DNA from: an uncultured Chloroflexia bacterium
GTDB taxonomy: Bacteria; Chloroflexota; Limnocylindria; Limnocylindrales; CSP1-4
Length of the DNA: 64,000 nt
Reading direction: 5' to 3'
NCBI GenBank assembly: GCA_963840375.1
Contig: CAWIYR010000003.1
Location: forward strand, 327,856-391,855
The translations under genes and the position numbers were made by a program. Positions 61,429 to 64,000 of this stretch are shown piece after piece. A model generated the notes under the pieces. It was given only the letters and a program-made list of their open reading frames with translations. It did no database searches and was not told the origin of the DNA. How positions within the stretch are numbered: position 1 is the first letter of the stretch; each line of letters opens with the position of its first letter.

Positions 61429-61523
61429 CGGTACCTCAATGCGAACCGACGGAGCGTACCACCGGGCCGCCGGGACCCGCCATCGAGCGGTCGCGAGGAC
61501 GGTCGCGAGCGGCCGCGCATGCC

Positions 61524-62153
61524 CTAGGTGGCGGCCGCGGCGCCGTCCCTCGACGCCGTCCCGGACCAGCCGAAGAGCGCCCGTGGCGTACCGGGCCGGG
61601 GGTGGAGGACGGTGGCCACGAGGATCGCCCCGACGACCGCGCCGGTCAGGGACATCGCGAGGTCCTGGATCGTGTTCTCGTAGGTCAGCTGGAGGCCCGA
61701 CGCGCCGGAACGCTGGAGGAGGTACTCGCCGATCTCCCACAGGATGTCGACGACCGCCCCGAAGCCGACCGCGAGCCCGAACGTCACCCAGCGCGACTGG
61801 ACGATCGGGGCGACCGCCAACCCGAACGCGATCGTGAGGCTCGCCCAGCCGATCGCGTGGGGCAGCGCGTCGAACCCCTTGAACGCGAACAGCCCGAGGA
61901 CGTTCGCCCCGGCGTCGAGGACGAAGGGCAGGACCAGGGCGATGTCGGCCACGTACGGGTACGGCCGCGGGCGTCCGCGGGCCAGCCAGGCGAGCGGGAT
62001 GACGACCGTCGAGATCGGGTAGATGAGGGCCCGGACGCCCATCGCCTTGCCCTGGAAGTGGGACGACCCCGGGTCGAGCAGCGGGTAGATCGCCAGGCCG
62101 ACCGCCAGGACCTTGATCGCGAGATCGAGGACGCCGATCGGCCGGATGCGCAT
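61524..62153 (-). CDS. Hypothetical multi-TM membrane protein
   Basis: About 5 TM; D..PH, WEIGEY, TIQDL conserved-looking residues. Confidence 0.7.
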   Translation of the reverse strand: MRIRPIGVLDLAIKVLAVGLAIYPLLDPGSSHFQGKAMGVRALIYPISTVVIPLAWLARGRPRPYPYVADIALVLPFVLDAGANVLGLFAFKGFDALPHAIGWASLTIAFGLAVAPIVQSRWVTFGLAVGFGAVVDILWEIGEYLLQRSGASGLQLTYENTIQDLAMSLTGAVVGAILVATVLHPRPGTPRALFGWSGTASRDGAAAAT

Positions 62154-62168
62154 GGTCCGTCCCTTCGA

Positions 62169-63446
62169 TCAGGTCCCGTGCTGCCAGGACGAGACGTAGG
62201 CGACCTGCTCGGGGGTCATCGGCTCGAGCTCGATGCCCATGGCCGCCAGCTTGAGCCGGGCGACCTCCGCGTCGATCGCCTCGGGGACGACGTAGACGCG
62301 TGGCTCCAACTCGGCATGATGCGCCGCGACGTACTCGGCCGAGAGGGCCTGGTTGGCGAAGCTCATGTCCATGACCGCGGCCGGGTGGCCCTCGGCGGCC
62401 CCAAGGTTCACCAGACGGCCCTCGGCGATGAGGTTGAGCCGCTTGCCGCCGAGGTCGTACTCCTCGACGTTCTCGCGGACCTCGCGGACGTGGCCCTCGG
62501 CCATCTCGCGCAGGGCGGCCAGGTCCAGCTCGGCGTCGAAGTGGCCGCTGTTGGCCATGATCGCCCCATCGCGCATCGCGGCGAAGTGCTCGCGCCGGAA
62601 GACGTTGAGGTTGCCGGTGGCGGTGACGAACAGCTCACCCCAGGCCGCCGCCTCGGTGTGGGTCATCACGAGGAACCCGTCCATGAGCGCCTCGAGTGCC
62701 CGGACCGGGTCCACCTCGACCACCGCCACGTGGGCGCCGTGCCCGGCCATCCGCGAGGCGATCCCCTTGCCCACCCAGCCGTAGCCGGCGACCACGACGT
62801 TGCGGCCCGCGATGAGGATGTTCGTCGCCCGCAGGATCCCGTCGAGGGTCGACTGGCCGGTCCCGTACCGGTTGTCGAAGAGGTGCTTCGTCTGGGCCTC
62901 GTTGACCGCGACGACCGGGAAGCGAAGCGCCCCGTCGGCGGCCATCGCCTTGAGCCGGATGACCCCGGTCGTCGTCTCTTCCGTCCCGGCCAGGACCTCG
63001 GCCACCTGGCCGGGACGCTCGGCGTGGAGGAGCGAGACGAGATCGCAGCCGTCGTCCATCGTCAGCTGGGGATGGGTGTCGGCGACCGCGTTCAGGTGGG
63101 CGTAGTAGGTGTCCCGGTCCTCGCCCCGCCGGGCGAAGCAGGCGATCCCGTAGCTGGCCACGAGCGCGGCCGCCACGTCGTCCTTCGTCGAGAGCGGGTT
63201 CGAGGCCGCCAGGACGACCTGCGCGCCGCCGGCCTTGAGGGTCCGCATCAGGTTCGCCGTCTCGGTGGTCACGTGGAGACAGGCGCCGATGCGCAGCCCC
63301 TCGAGCGGGCGCTCGCGCTCGAACCGCTCGCGGATGAGCCGGAGCACGGGCATCTCCCGCTCGGCCCACTCGATGCGACGCACGCCCTCGGCAGCGAGCC
63401 CGAGGTCGGTGACGTCGTGGGCGGGGAGGTCGGCGATCGCGGTCAT
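62169..63446 (-). CDS. ahcY: Adenosylhomocysteinase
   Basis: [42 protein letters not shown]. Confidence 0.96.
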   Translation of the reverse strand: MTAIADLPAHDVTDLGLAAEGVRRIEWAEREMPVLRLIRERFERERPLEGLRIGACLHVTTETANLMRTLKAGGAQVVLAASNPLSTKDDVAAALVASYGIACFARRGEDRDTYYAHLNAVADTHPQLTMDDGCDLVSLLHAERPGQVAEVLAGTEETTTGVIRLKAMAADGALRFPVVAVNEAQTKHLFDNRYGTGQSTLDGILRATNILIAGRNVVVAGYGWVGKGIASRMAGHGAHVAVVEVDPVRALEALMDGFLVMTHTEAAAWGELFVTATGNLNVFRREHFAAMRDGAIMANSGHFDAELDLAALREMAEGHVREVRENVEEYDLGGKRLNLIAEGRLVNLGAAEGHPAAVMDMSFANQALSAEYVAAHHAELEPRVYVVPEAIDAEVARLKLAAMGIELEPMTPEQVAYVSSWQHGT

Positions 63447-64000
63447 CGTGAGGGGTTCTCCTTGGTCAGCGAGATGAGGCGCCGGAGCGGTCCGGGCAGG
63501 GCGGGCCAGGGCGACCCGAGGCGATGGATGAGCCGCTCCTCGAAGCGGACGTGCTCGCGGTAGCCCAGCCGCCGATAGGCCTGGAGGGCCGGCGGGTTGT
63601 CCGATCGGACGTTGAGGACCACCTGGTCGCAGGTCCGCAGGAGCTCGGCCGTCACGGCCCCCGTGGTGGCGGTGGCGAACCCACGGCCGCGATAGTCGGC
63701 ATGGGTCAGGACGTTGCCGACGACGGCCAGCCGGGCCTCCTGGCTGATGACGTGGGTCCCGGCGGCCGCCACGAGCCGGCCGCCCACCCGGATGCCGTAG
63801 TAGACGCCATCGGCGATCGCCGACGACGGCAGCCACGACGCGAAGCCGAGCTGGTAGAGCCGGTTGAGGTCGCCGATCTCCACCGGGAGCAGGCGCCGGC
63901 TGTCGAACGGGTAGGGCCGGAAGGTGGAACGGTCCACCCACATCCGGACCATCTGCGGGCCCGGGTCCACCCGGTACGACGCCTCGACCGCGGGCAGGGT
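63443..64000 (-). CDS. GNAT acetyltransferase (FR47-like), 5' end off the right edge
   Basis: [26 protein letters not shown]. Confidence 0.85.
   Translation of the reverse strand, partial: TLPAVEASYRVDPGPQMVRMWVDRSTFRPYPFDSRRLLPVEIGDLNRLYQLGFASWLPSSAIADGVYYGIRVGGRLVAAAGTHVISQEARLAVVGNVLTHADYRGRGFATATTGAVTAELLRTCDQVVLNVRSDNPPALQAYRRLGYREHVRFEERLIHRLGSPWPALPGPLRRLISLTKENPSR

Noticed and set aside
61429-61523. SAM riboswitch upstream of metK
   Set aside because: Only a TGGTACGCT extended -10 and a short SD-containing leader; no aptamer consensus

Overview
Very GC-rich bacterial chromosomal window; gene content (RibXY-type riboflavin ABC with an FMN riboswitch, a small SWIM-finger protein, many Ala/Ser/Pro-linker lipoproteins) suggests Chloroflexota, which is an inference. 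It is mostly core and metabolic genes. From left to right: polX (truncated); two GAF-GGDEF cyclases; an MgtE-cytosolic-domain + NRAMP-related Mg2+ transporter operon; a long minus-strand ask-birA-ECF sigma-accD-accA-(BCCP-like)-accC-fabZ-phosphoesterase-fabF-accB-fabH-fabG run; hom-thrC-thrB; trpS; a pair of phytoene-desaturase-family flavoproteins divergent from a GcvT-family gene; peptidases; btuFCD under a cobalamin riboswitch; a secreted caspase-fold protein cluster; manC-manB; a polyamine ABC transporter; ribXY; metK; ahcY. I saw no rRNA, tRNA, CRISPR array or mobile element. Main points of interest: (1) a lysine-less, non-biotinylatable BCCP paralog in the usual accB position before accC, resembling plant BADC; (2) an MgtL-like Pro-containing leader peptide and an SD-sequestering hairpin ahead of a split MgtE-sensor/NRMT Mg2+ system; (3) a secreted clan-CD protease-like gene coupled to a stand-alone FTP-PepSY-like protein and a lipoprotein; (4) a PYROXD2-like pair + GcvT as a candidate N-demethylase; (5) an FMN riboswitch with a remodelled P5/L5. 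Three genes carry +1 frameshifts that are probably assembly errors. All protein assignments come from motifs recognised by eye; no database searches were run.
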